DNA of 64,000 nt, from assembly GCA_015062285.1 (NCBI GenBank), contig SUUY01000001.1, positions 170,880-234,879 of the forward strand, written 5' to 3'. This document shows, in pieces, positions 22,645 to 31,678 of this stretch. Position 1 is the stretch's first letter, and the number at the start of each line of letters is the position of its first letter. Origin of the DNA: Alphaproteobacteria bacterium. Lineage in GTDB: Bacteria; Pseudomonadota; Alphaproteobacteria; RF32; CAG-239. The notes under the pieces were generated by a model. The model made no database searches, was not told the DNA's origin, and saw only the letters and a list, made by a program, of their open reading frames with translations. The translations under genes were made by a program, and so were the position numbers.

Positions 22645-22899
22645 ATGGCTCATAAAAAATCAGGTGGTAGCTCCAGTAACGGACGCGATTCTATCGGACG
22701 TCGTTTAGGTTTGAAAAAATCTGGCGGTCAGAGCGTTATCCCGGGCAATATCATTGTTCGCCAACGTGGAACTCAATATCATCCGGGTGCTAATGTTGGT
22801 ATGGGTAAAGACCATACTATCTTTGCTGTTGCTGAAGGTAAAGTTGTATTTTCTAAAAAAGCCGGCAACAAGACAGTTGTTTCTGTTGCTTGTGATTAG
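22645..22899 (+). CDS. rpmA: 50S ribosomal protein L27
   Basis: [16 protein letters not shown]...[22 protein letters not shown] signature. Confidence 0.97.
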   Translation: MAHKKSGGSSSNGRDSIGRRLGLKKSGGQSVIPGNIIVRQRGTQYHPGANVGMGKDHTIFAVAEGKVVFSKKAGNKTVVSVACD

Positions 22900-22928
22900 T
22901 TTGTTTTTTTAGAAATTAGTAAGATTTT

Positions 22929-22960
22929 AGGGGTAGACTGTTGCTACCCCTTTACTTTTC
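22929..22960 (+). terminator. putative terminator or attenuator after rpmA
   Basis: Stem aggggtag (22929-22936) / ctacccct (22944-22951), followed by T-rich ttacttttc. Confidence 0.5.
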
Positions 22961-22990
22961 CGATAAAGGATATATCCTTAAGAAAAATAA

Positions 22991-24067
<1,077 letters not shown>

Positions 24068-24079
24068 GGAGAATATAAA

Positions 24080-24457
24080 TTGGCAAAAAGTACTGTTAAA
24101 AATATACAAAAAGATGATGTAGAACAAATTTTAGATATTATAACCGCATCTCTTGATGACGGAAAAGCTAATGATGTTGTTGTAATGGATTTGCAAGGTA
24201 AGACATCAATAGCTAATTTTATGGTAGTAGCAAGCGGAACTTCGCAGCGTCACGTTGCTGCATTAGCAGAGCAAATTCAAGCAAAGCTCAAAGCTGCTGG
24301 TTACAGATCTGTATCAGAAGGCGAGGAAAAAGCCGATTGGGTTTTGATAGATGCCTTTGATGTTATTGTACACATTTTTAAGCCTGAAGTTAGAGAGTTT
24401 TATTCTATTGAAAAGATGTGGTCTGCCGTGGGTAAAGTTCGCATAGCTGGTAACTAA
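24080..24457 (+). CDS. rsfS: ribosome silencing factor RsfS (iojap-like)
   Basis: TTG start 8 nt after an AAGGAG SD. Motifs FMVVASGTSQRHV and WVLIDAFDVIVHIF.PE.REFY.IEKMW. Confidence 0.85.
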   Translation: MAKSTVKNIQKDDVEQILDIITASLDDGKANDVVVMDLQGKTSIANFMVVASGTSQRHVAALAEQIQAKLKAAGYRSVSEGEEKADWVLIDAFDVIVHIFKPEVREFYSIEKMWSAVGKVRIAGN

Positions 24458-24479
24458 TATAGATTTTGCAAGCAATAAC

Positions 24480-24514
24480 ATAAAAACCTCTCGTTTTGTA
24501 ACGAGAGGTTTTTA
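24480..24514. terminator. bidirectional terminator between rsfS and the convergent orphan gene
   Basis: Perfect 12-bp stem aaaacctctcgt (24483-24494) / acgagaggtttt (24501-24512). Confidence 0.8.
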
Positions 24515-24516
24515 TG

Positions 24517-25101
24517 TTACAGAAATTTTACGAATTCCAAAGCCTCGTCAATGCTACATGGTAGGATTGAACATTTGAAAGCGGTTTCCTCATCATCATC
24601 GGTCGGTGGGTATGTGTGCCCAAGTACGATTTTGTTGATGATTATGCTTTCCTTTTCATGGGTGCATAAGGCAACATACTGAAAACTTCCCTTATCTTTG
24701 AGCATTAGCCTAAAGCATTTACAAGGCTTGGTAGATATGCTGTCGACAGGTGTTTTGTATATGTTCCATGTACCAATTTGCACCCAATAGATATACTTTC
24801 CGATTTGGTATGTAAATGCGGTTAATATATATATTTGGGCTTCATCGTTAGAGAAGATATCTGTTGTTTCGATGGCTGACGTCTGCACTTTTTTATCAAG
24901 GAACGAGCTAAGCCATGAAGCAAAAATTTCTGAAGAATAGGCCTTGTCACATACTCCTACGGATATCGCACAAATTAATGGGCGCATATGATGTATCGGC
25001 TGTACGGGATAGTTTATCTTTTCTTCTTCATCTTCTTTTTCATTGATTTGAGCAGAGGTTATCCTAGAAAACAGCTCCGCAATTCTGGTTAATAGTTTCA
25101 T
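24517..25101 (-). CDS. hypothetical protein (orphan, 194 aa)
   Basis: Long ORF with its own terminator. No TM segment, signal peptide or recognisable motif. Confidence 0.55.
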   Translation of the reverse strand: MKLLTRIAELFSRITSAQINEKEDEEEKINYPVQPIHHMRPLICAISVGVCDKAYSSEIFASWLSSFLDKKVQTSAIETTDIFSNDEAQIYILTAFTYQIGKYIYWVQIGTWNIYKTPVDSISTKPCKCFRLMLKDKGSFQYVALCTHEKESIIINKIVLGHTYPPTDDDEETAFKCSILPCSIDEALEFVKFL

Positions 25102-25170
25102 ATTAATTTGTATTTTATAATTTTCTGGAAGATACGATAGACAAAAAAATGCTTGAAGTCAATTGCTATT

Positions 25171-25611
25171 TTATTCGCGGTGGTAAGGGTGTCCATTGAT
25201 AATGGTTTGAATACGATATATTTGCTCTGATAAGACAGCTCGCATGAGCATATGAGGAAGAGTAAGTTTTCCAAAAGAAAGAATTAGGTCAGCCTTATTT
25301 CTTGTAGACTGAAGATGTCCGTCTGCTCCACCAATCAAAAAACAAATTTCTGATGTTCCGTTATTTAGCCAGTTTTCAATTTTATTTGCCAGTTCCAATG
25401 ATTTTAGGTTTTCGCCACGTTCGTCAAGAACAATGACCTTGGCTCCTTGCGGAATCGAATTTTGTAAAAATATTGCTTCTTCGCTTTGGCTTGCATTATC
25501 TTTTTCTTTAATGATTATTTCCCATTTTGATCTTTTACAGTATTCGGTGATAATTTGAGCTTCCGGTGAATTTTTTTTGCATTTGCCGATAGCAATAATG
25601 GTTGTTTTCAT
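25171..25611 (-). CDS. rlmH: 23S rRNA (pseudouridine1915-N3)-methyltransferase RlmH
   Basis: 146 aa SPOUT protein. LIGGADGH...LSFGKLTLPHMLMRAVLSEQIYR...INGHPYHRE matches the C-terminus of E. coli RlmH. Confidence 0.9.
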   Translation of the reverse strand: MKTTIIAIGKCKKNSPEAQIITEYCKRSKWEIIIKEKDNASQSEEAIFLQNSIPQGAKVIVLDERGENLKSLELANKIENWLNNGTSEICFLIGGADGHLQSTRNKADLILSFGKLTLPHMLMRAVLSEQIYRIQTIINGHPYHRE

Positions 25612-26663
25612 TATTTATATACCTCCATAGCAAATACATTTTGCAAAAAGAATAAAGAAAAATAACAAACAATGGCGGCTATAAGCGGAGTAATAACCCA
25701 GCTGATAGCGATTTTTCCCAGTAGGCACCAATTTATTCCTCTTCCTCCTTTTAATAGTCCAATGCCGACAACAGCTCCGATAACGGCTTGTGAGCTTGAC
25801 ACGGGAACTAAGGGAATTGTCGGTAGATTATGACTTGATAAGAACTGTTGCAGTTCTTGTGAAGCAAAAAGGAACAGAACAACTGATTGCGATACAACAA
25901 CAACCCATGCCATGAGTGGAGACATTTTCATTATGCCATTACCAACAGTGTTTATTACTTTACGAGAATATGTAATAACACCGCTGCTGATAGCCATGCC
26001 TCCAATCAAAAATAAAACTTGTGTTGGGTTAAGGGTGATAATATCTGCAATGTTTATGCTTTGAAGCGGACTTGATGTAACGAATACTCCCATTACATTG
26101 GCAATATTGTTTGCTCCGAGAGCATATGCACCGAATGCACCGGCTAAGATTAAGCCGATACGAGTATAACAGTCTTGGCGCAATAGATGTAGGTTGGCTT
26201 TGTTTACTAATTTCTTGGTTAGCCAATATAAGATTACAGCAGTGATACCTGCTAAAATAGGGCAGAAAACCCAAGTACTGACAATTTTGCTTAAAATACT
26301 GATATCTGTTGGTTTGTGCGCAAAAAAGTTCCAGCCAATGATGGCGCCGACAATAGCTTGAGATGTGGATATAGGCATCGATAATTCTACCATCCAATAA
26401 ATAGTAAGTGCGGCGGCCAATGCAGACATAAAGGCTCCAGATAAAGTATTAATACTTCCTAATTGTCCTAAAGTTTGAGAGGTTCCTGATCCGGCAAATA
26501 CAGCGCCAATAATAATAAAAATTGAAGATATGATAGCGGCAGTTCTGAATTTTATCATCTTAGTGCCAACGGCAGTACCGAATATGTTGGAGGCGTCACT
26601 GGCTCCCAGTGACCAACCAAGAAATAATCCAGAACTCAAAAATATAAAAAAAGTCAAATCCAT
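25611..26663 (-). CDS. inorganic phosphate transporter, PiT family
   Basis: 350 aa polytopic protein. GASDASNIFGTAVGT and GANNIANVMG repeat the PiT GANDVAN signature. 1-nt overlaps with both neighbours. Confidence 0.85.
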   Translation of the reverse strand: MDLTFFIFLSSGLFLGWSLGASDASNIFGTAVGTKMIKFRTAAIISSIFIIIGAVFAGSGTSQTLGQLGSINTLSGAFMSALAAALTIYWMVELSMPISTSQAIVGAIIGWNFFAHKPTDISILSKIVSTWVFCPILAGITAVILYWLTKKLVNKANLHLLRQDCYTRIGLILAGAFGAYALGANNIANVMGVFVTSSPLQSINIADIITLNPTQVLFLIGGMAISSGVITYSRKVINTVGNGIMKMSPLMAWVVVVSQSVVLFLFASQELQQFLSSHNLPTIPLVPVSSSQAVIGAVVGIGLLKGGRGINWCLLGKIAISWVITPLIAAIVCYFSLFFLQNVFAMEVYK

Positions 26664-27322
26664 TAGACATCTCGTTTAATAGTAAAGATTAGGAGCTCAT
26701 CAATAAAGTCTTCAGCGGTATCGGCAATATCGGCTATATCAGTTACAAAATTGCCGAGTTGGATCTTATTAGCTAAAGGCATATCAGAATCGAAAATGGC
26801 TTCGGTCAGTTTACGCGAACTACGATCAGAATCGTGTTCTATAAAATATACTTTTTGGGAATAATCTCTAACTGAGCTCATATCTCTAAAGAATGCTCTA
26901 CTTGCTTTAGCCATATTTTCAGCGCATTCTGCACTCAAGCTGCAAAGCTCAACTATGCGTCCATGATATTCAACGGGAATATCGGGTTGTTCAGCGTAAA
27001 AACGATATGTTACTTCATCAAATTTATTTATGACTTTATCCAGATTTTCTACTAAATGCAAAACATCGGCTCTAAGGTCAGGAATAAGGTTTTGAGTATA
27101 GAGATTATTTTCTATTTCTCGGCGAAGATTATCTGCGTCGTGTTCAATTAATTTTACTTGTTTGGATTGTTTGCGGAAATCATCGCTTCTTTTTTCTTGC
27201 AAGTAAATTTTAATTGCTTTCTTGAATGTCATTGTGGCATCAAGCAGTTTGTCATGAAAAAGGTCAATTTTGTTTTCTAGCGCTTTGGTTTGAGAAAATA
27301 AAGACAGATTGACGTGAAACAT
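26663..27322 (-). CDS. DUF47 / PhoU-like phosphate transport regulator
   Basis: 219-aa helical protein directly upstream of, and overlapping, a PiT gene. This is the usual pairing for this family. Confidence 0.7.
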   Translation of the reverse strand: MFHVNLSLFSQTKALENKIDLFHDKLLDATMTFKKAIKIYLQEKRSDDFRKQSKQVKLIEHDADNLRREIENNLYTQNLIPDLRADVLHLVENLDKVINKFDEVTYRFYAEQPDIPVEYHGRIVELCSLSAECAENMAKASRAFFRDMSSVRDYSQKVYFIEHDSDRSSRKLTEAIFDSDMPLANKIQLGNFVTDIADIADTAEDFIDELLIFTIKRDV

Positions 27323-27495
27323 TAGTACCTCGATAGCTTGTTTAGAGAATAGATTATTATATGCTTATATTTATAAACAAATAATTTATGTTATGAAAAA
27401 AAACAACATATATCTTGAATTTTGAGCTTGTAAATGTTGCAAAGTTTAGTTAGATTATATTCGTTAATTAAAATTATAATTTTAAGGATCCTAAA

Positions 27496-28215
27496 ATGAA
27501 AAAAATTAATGCTGTATATGTTTCCTTAGTGGCTTTAGTTGTTGCTGTTGCTGCTTTGGTTGTTTGTTTATTGCCTTGTTCTAAAGGTGGTAATGCTGTA
27601 GAAGAAGCTCTTAATAATGATCCAGAGATGATTATCAGAGCTATGCAAAAGTATGATGCTATGCAAAGAGAAAAAGCACAAAAAGAAGCAGAAAAATTGT
27701 TTGAAGATAATGCTGAAGCTTTGTACAACAATCCTGCCGACGGATTATTGGGTAATCCGGAAGGAAAGGTTGTTTTAGTGGAGTTCTTTGATTTTTCATG
27801 TGGATATTGTCATAGATTATATCCTGCTTTGAAAAATATTGTAGCAAACAATCCGGATTTGAAATTGGTTGCCAAACCTTTAGCTTTCTTGTCTCCAATG
27901 TCTAAATATGCAGCAAAGGCTGCTTTGGCTGCTAAAGAACAAGGAAAATTTGTTGAAGTTTATTCTGCTTTAATGGAAATCAAAGGTGCATTGACAGAAG
28001 CAAAAATTGATGAAGCAGCTGTTTTGGCAGGTGCTGATTTAGAAAAACTCAAAACAGATATGGAATCTGAAAAAATTGCTAAAACTTTAGATGAAACATC
28101 TGCTTTGGCTTCTAAAATAAGAGTTGGCGGTGTTCCAACGATGGTATTGAATAATAAACTTCTCCAAACATTAGATGAAAATGTTATTCAAGAAGCTATT
28201 AATGCAGCTAAATAA
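27496..28215 (+). CDS. DsbA-family thiol:disulfide oxidoreductase (membrane-anchored or secreted)
   Basis: N-terminal hydrophobic anchor and the thioredoxin-fold active site FFDFSCGYCHRLYP. Confidence 0.75.
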   Translation: MKKINAVYVSLVALVVAVAALVVCLLPCSKGGNAVEEALNNDPEMIIRAMQKYDAMQREKAQKEAEKLFEDNAEALYNNPADGLLGNPEGKVVLVEFFDFSCGYCHRLYPALKNIVANNPDLKLVAKPLAFLSPMSKYAAKAALAAKEQGKFVEVYSALMEIKGALTEAKIDEAAVLAGADLEKLKTDMESEKIAKTLDETSALASKIRVGGVPTMVLNNKLLQTLDENVIQEAINAAK

Positions 28216-28234
28216 TTTAATTTAGCCTATATTG

Positions 28235-28267
28235 AGCGGTTCTATAAATATAGAGCCGCTTTTTTTG
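28235..28267 (+). terminator. rho-independent terminator after the DsbA-like gene
   Basis: Stem agcggttcta (28235-28244) / tagagccgct (28251-28260) with one G-U pair, then TTTTTT. Confidence 0.75.
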
Positions 28268-28351
28268 CGAGTATGTTTATTCTAGCTTGTGTTTTGCAAA
28301 GAAAAAAACTATATATAAAAAGAGATATGAAATATAGAAAAGGAATCGTGG

Positions 28352-30217
28352 ATGCAAATGGGAAAAAATATAATCGTTTGGCTGTTGGCTATAGTTTTAC
28401 TTTCTGGTGCTATGAATATGTTCGTCGGAGAAGGAAGAAAAGCCGGGGCAGAAAAGTTAGCTTTTTCTGAGTTTATGAAACACGTAGAAAATAAAAAAAT
28501 TGCAGAAGTTACGATTTCCGGAGCAAATATTGACGGTGTGTATACCGATGGAAAAAAATTTTATACGTATGCGCCGTTTGATCCAAATATGGTAGAAGAA
28601 TTGCGCAATAATGATGTTAAAGTTATGGCGCAACCTGTTGATAATACCGCTGATAATTTATGGGGAGTGGTTGTTTCGTGGTTTCCAATGTTGCTGTTGG
28701 TTGGTGTTTGGATATTCTTTATGCGACAAGCAAATTCTGGTAATAATAAAGCAATGAGTTTTGGAAAATCAAGAGCAAGATTAATTGAGAATACCAAAAA
28801 AGTTACGTTTGCAGATGTTGCCGGTGCAGATGAAGCCAAGCAAGAACTGGAAGAAATAATTGATTTCTTAAAAGATCCGGCAAAATTTCAACGGTTGGGC
28901 GGAAAAATTCCTAAAGGGGTGTTGATGGTAGGGCCTCCGGGTACAGGTAAAACATTGTTGGCAAAAGCCGTTGCCGGAGAGGCAGATGTTCCGTTCTTTT
29001 CAATATCTGGTTCTGACTTTGTTGAGATGTTTGTTGGCGTTGGTGCTAGTCGTGTGAGAGATATGTTTGCGCAGGCTAAAAAGAATGCGCCATGTTTGTT
29101 GTTTATTGATGAAATTGACGCTGTGGGTCGTCATCGTGGAGCCGGTTTGGGCGGTGGAAACGATGAGCGTGAACAAACTTTAAATCAGCTTTTGGTTGAG
29201 ATGGATGGTTTTGAAGATAATGAAAATGTTATTATAATTGCCGCAACTAACCGTCCTGATGTGCTTGATCCGGCATTGTTGCGTCCTGGTCGTTTTGATC
29301 GTCAAGTGACCGTTACGAATCCGGATAAAAAAGGTCGAGAAGAAATATTAAAAGTTCATGTTAAAAAAGTTCCGTTGGCCAAAGATGTGAATCTATCGGT
29401 TGTAGCTAGAGGAACACCAGGTTTTTCAGGTGCAGATTTGGCAAATTTGGTTAATGAGGCTGCATTGTTGGCTGCACGCAAAAATAAGCTCAAGGTTACG
29501 TCAAAAGATTTTGATGATGCTAAAGACAAAGTCTTGATGGGCAGTGAGCGTAAATCTATGGCTATGGATGAGAATGAGAAAAAGCTTACGGCTTATCATG
29601 AAGCTGGGCATGCGATTTGTTCTTTGTTTGTAGAAGAAACAGATCCAATTCACAAGGCCACAATAATTCCAAGAGGGCGTGCTTTAGGAATGGTGCAGCA
29701 ACTTCCGGAAAAAGATCAATATTCATATTCTAAGATTAAGATGCTTTCCCGCTTGATTATTATGATGGGAGGACGTGTTGCCGAAGAATTGAAATTTGGT
29801 TCTAAGAAAGTAACCAGTGGGGCTTCATCAGATATTGCTGCGGCGACAAATCTTGCTCGCTCGATGGTGACTGAGTGGGGTATGAGCGAAAAACTAGGTC
29901 CGGTTTTGTATGCCGAAAATACCGGTGAAGTATTTTTGGGTAAATCTGTAACGCAAAGCAGAAATATGAGCGAAGAAACAGCAAAACTGGTTGATGCTGA
30001 GATAAAAGCCTTGGTGACAAATGCACATACAGAAGCCACTCGTTTGCTAAAAGAGCATGAAAAAGAATGGGAAACACTTTCGCAAGCATTGATTGAATAT
30101 GAGACTCTGACCGGTGAGGAAATTAAAGATGTTATTGCCGGTAAGCAAATTGATAAAACTGCGGATTCTCCGGTCGAAGAAGAGAAAAGGGTTATGTCTT
30201 CTCTTCCGGAAGCCTAA
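28352..30217 (+). CDS. ftsH: ATP-dependent zinc metalloprotease FtsH
   Basis: 621 aa with two TM segments, Walker A GPPGTGKT, an SRH region and the HEAGH zinc site. Confidence 0.97.
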   Translation: MQMGKNIIVWLLAIVLLSGAMNMFVGEGRKAGAEKLAFSEFMKHVENKKIAEVTISGANIDGVYTDGKKFYTYAPFDPNMVEELRNNDVKVMAQPVDNTADNLWGVVVSWFPMLLLVGVWIFFMRQANSGNNKAMSFGKSRARLIENTKKVTFADVAGADEAKQELEEIIDFLKDPAKFQRLGGKIPKGVLMVGPPGTGKTLLAKAVAGEADVPFFSISGSDFVEMFVGVGASRVRDMFAQAKKNAPCLLFIDEIDAVGRHRGAGLGGGNDEREQTLNQLLVEMDGFEDNENVIIIAATNRPDVLDPALLRPGRFDRQVTVTNPDKKGREEILKVHVKKVPLAKDVNLSVVARGTPGFSGADLANLVNEAALLAARKNKLKVTSKDFDDAKDKVLMGSERKSMAMDENEKKLTAYHEAGHAICSLFVEETDPIHKATIIPRGRALGMVQQLPEKDQYSYSKIKMLSRLIIMMGGRVAEELKFGSKKVTSGASSDIAAATNLARSMVTEWGMSEKLGPVLYAENTGEVFLGKSVTQSRNMSEETAKLVDAEIKALVTNAHTEATRLLKEHEKEWETLSQALIEYETLTGEEIKDVIAGKQIDKTADSPVEEEKRVMSSLPEA

Positions 30218-30220
30218 ATA

Positions 30221-30355
30221 AAAGCTTGTATAATGGCTCATCTAGAGCAGTTTGTTCTGGTCAAAAGTTTCCTCACGTACCTCTATGTACGTTCCGGTAC
30301 TTTTGCCTTTCAAACCGCTCTATCTAAACCATTCTCCAAACTTTTATGGTGCTAA
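30221..30355 (+). repeat. dispersed intergenic repeat, copy 1 (first unit of a tandem pair, period 128 bp)
   Basis: Starts 4 nt after the ftsH stop. Contains TGTATAAT (30227-30234), inner hairpin acgtac/gtacgt (30275-30280 / 30287-30292) and outer arms caaaagt/acttttg (30262-30268 / 30299-30305). Confidence 0.9.
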
Positions 30356-30480
30356 GTATAATGGCTTATCTAAAGCAGTTTGTTCCGGTCAAAAGTTTCC
30401 TCACGTACCTCTATGTACGCTCCGGTGCTTTTGCCGTTCAAACCGTTCTATCTAACTTTTAGTCATTAGGCGTAAGTGAT
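30356..30480 (+). repeat. dispersed intergenic repeat, copy 2 (second tandem unit, with a different tail module)
   Basis: Near-identical to copy 1 from gtataatggct to ttcaaacc. The tail cttttagtcattaggcgtaagtgatt resembles the tail of the ettA copy. Confidence 0.9.
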
Positions 30481-30827
30481 TAGGGGTGATATGTTTCCTT
30501 TCTCAGTCATTATCGGAATTGACCAGATAATCTAGGTATGTAATTAAGAATCAAAACTGTTATGTTGAGCAGGGTGGTGGCGAAGTTGAAACGTCTTAAG
30601 AGATCCTTCGACAAGCTCAGGATGACAGGAGATCCTTCGATAAGATTATGGCTATTAACGCTACACAATGTTTACGCTTACTAACTATCGATCTTATGAT
30701 TGTACTGTTTTTCTGATTATCTTCTTTTTAATTTTAAGAGTTGGATTAAATTATTCATCAGTCGACTATTGTTTTTTTGTTTTTAGATAATACCTATTGT
30801 GTGATTAACAGAGATAGGAGTATTCAT

Positions 30828-31148
30828 ATGTTAGTAGCTAAAACCAAAGAAAATTTACAAGGTTGTCGTTGTCGGGATTGTCCGTCTTACACAACGGGAT
30901 GTAAAGTTAAAAATTATCCGGGAAATTTTATAAAAATGATGACTGATTTAGATAATGTGGAGCATTTTGAAGGAATGTTTTGCGCCTTTGAAAAAAGTCA
31001 TTGTATTGATGAAGATAGAGGGTGTTTATGTGAAGAATGTCCGGTACATGCAAAATACAATTTGCTTCGAGAGGATTATTGTCTAAAGACCGGAGGTTTG
31101 GTGAGCAGGAGTTGTACATTAGGATTTGATAGAGATAAAAAAAATTAG
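30828..31148 (+). CDS. small cysteine-rich protein (DUF2769-like by memory)
   Basis: ATG at 30828 follows an AGGAG SD. Motifs CRCRDCPSYTTGC ... FCAFEKSHCIDEDRGCLCEECPVH ... YC. 106 aa. Confidence 0.6.
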   Translation: MLVAKTKENLQGCRCRDCPSYTTGCKVKNYPGNFIKMMTDLDNVEHFEGMFCAFEKSHCIDEDRGCLCEECPVHAKYNLLREDYCLKTGGLVSRSCTLGFDRDKKN

Positions 31149-31168
31149 TTTGGGAGGTATAATTATCA

Positions 31169-31663
31169 ATGAGAACGGAAAAGCAAAAATCAACTTCTCC
31201 GCAAAATATTATGCAAGTGTTTCAAATGGCTAATTTGGAGGTAGCTGAAAGTAATAATGTAGATGATATGATAGGAGCTTATGATAGGGTTATTAAATTT
31301 TGTTCATCATCTGCAGAATGCCGGAATGAAACATCAACTAAAAGGAATGTATTATTATATTGGGCATATAGTAATATCGCAAAATCATACAAAAGCAAAA
31401 ATAAACCAGATGAGGCAAGTAAATACTATGAAAAAGCTCTAAGTGTAGCGGTTTCAAAATTACAAAAAACACTTGCTTTAGAGGCTTTATTGAATATTTG
31501 TGATAAAGAAAATTTAAAACTTGTAGATAAATGCCGAAAAATTATTAGAATATCAAATGAACTTATAGATATATATAGACACGATAAAAATAATAAAGAC
31601 TTAAAACGAATTGTAAATTTGTCTGAAAAGACCTTGGAAATATTAAAGAAAGCGGAGATTTAA
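31169..31663 (+). CDS. hypothetical helical protein (possibly TPR-like)
   Basis: 164 aa, all-helical appearance with a TPR-like stretch WAYSNIAKSYKSKNKPDEASKYYEKALSVA. Starts 20 nt after the Cys-rich gene. Confidence 0.55.
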   Translation: MRTEKQKSTSPQNIMQVFQMANLEVAESNNVDDMIGAYDRVIKFCSSSAECRNETSTKRNVLLYWAYSNIAKSYKSKNKPDEASKYYEKALSVAVSKLQKTLALEALLNICDKENLKLVDKCRKIIRISNELIDIYRHDKNNKDLKRIVNLSEKTLEILKKAEI

Positions 31664-31678
31664 TCTCCGCTTTCTTTA
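31646..31678. terminator. bidirectional hairpin overlapping two convergent stop codons
   Basis: Palindrome agcggagat (31651-31659) / atctccgct (31663-31671). It spans the stops of the 31169 gene and the U32 gene. Confidence 0.6.

Noticed and set aside
26029-26397. 122-aa ORF inside the PiT gene on the same strand.
   Set aside because: It is an out-of-frame internal ORF of a well-supported transporter CDS.
27323-27495. Pho-box operator upstream of the DUF47-PiT operon.
   Set aside because: I could not find tandem CTGTCAT-like repeats in the intergenic region, so there is no support from the sequence.
28273-28470. 65-aa ORF upstream of and overlapping the ftsH start.
   Set aside because: It overlaps ftsH out of frame and has a highly basic, low-complexity translation. 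The ATG at 28352 with an upstream AAGGA fits FtsH.
30252-30455. 67-aa ORF (MFWSKVSSRTSMY...) and its look-alike at 48495-48677, which might suggest a conserved small protein family.
   Set aside because: Both lie entirely within the dispersed repeat. The tandem period of 128 nt is not a multiple of 3, so unit 2 is read in another frame. Copy 4 has a 1-nt indel that breaks the frame. The ORFs start at TTG with no SD. Copy 1 versus copy 3 differs by 4 synonymous and 4 non-synonymous changes, which is too few to argue for selection. A conserved hairpin explains the similarity better.
30221-30480. Possible CRISPR array, because of direct repeats in an intergenic region.
   Set aside because: There are only two ~128-bp units directly abutting each other with no unique spacers. 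The repeat length is far above CRISPR repeats, and no cas genes are in the window.
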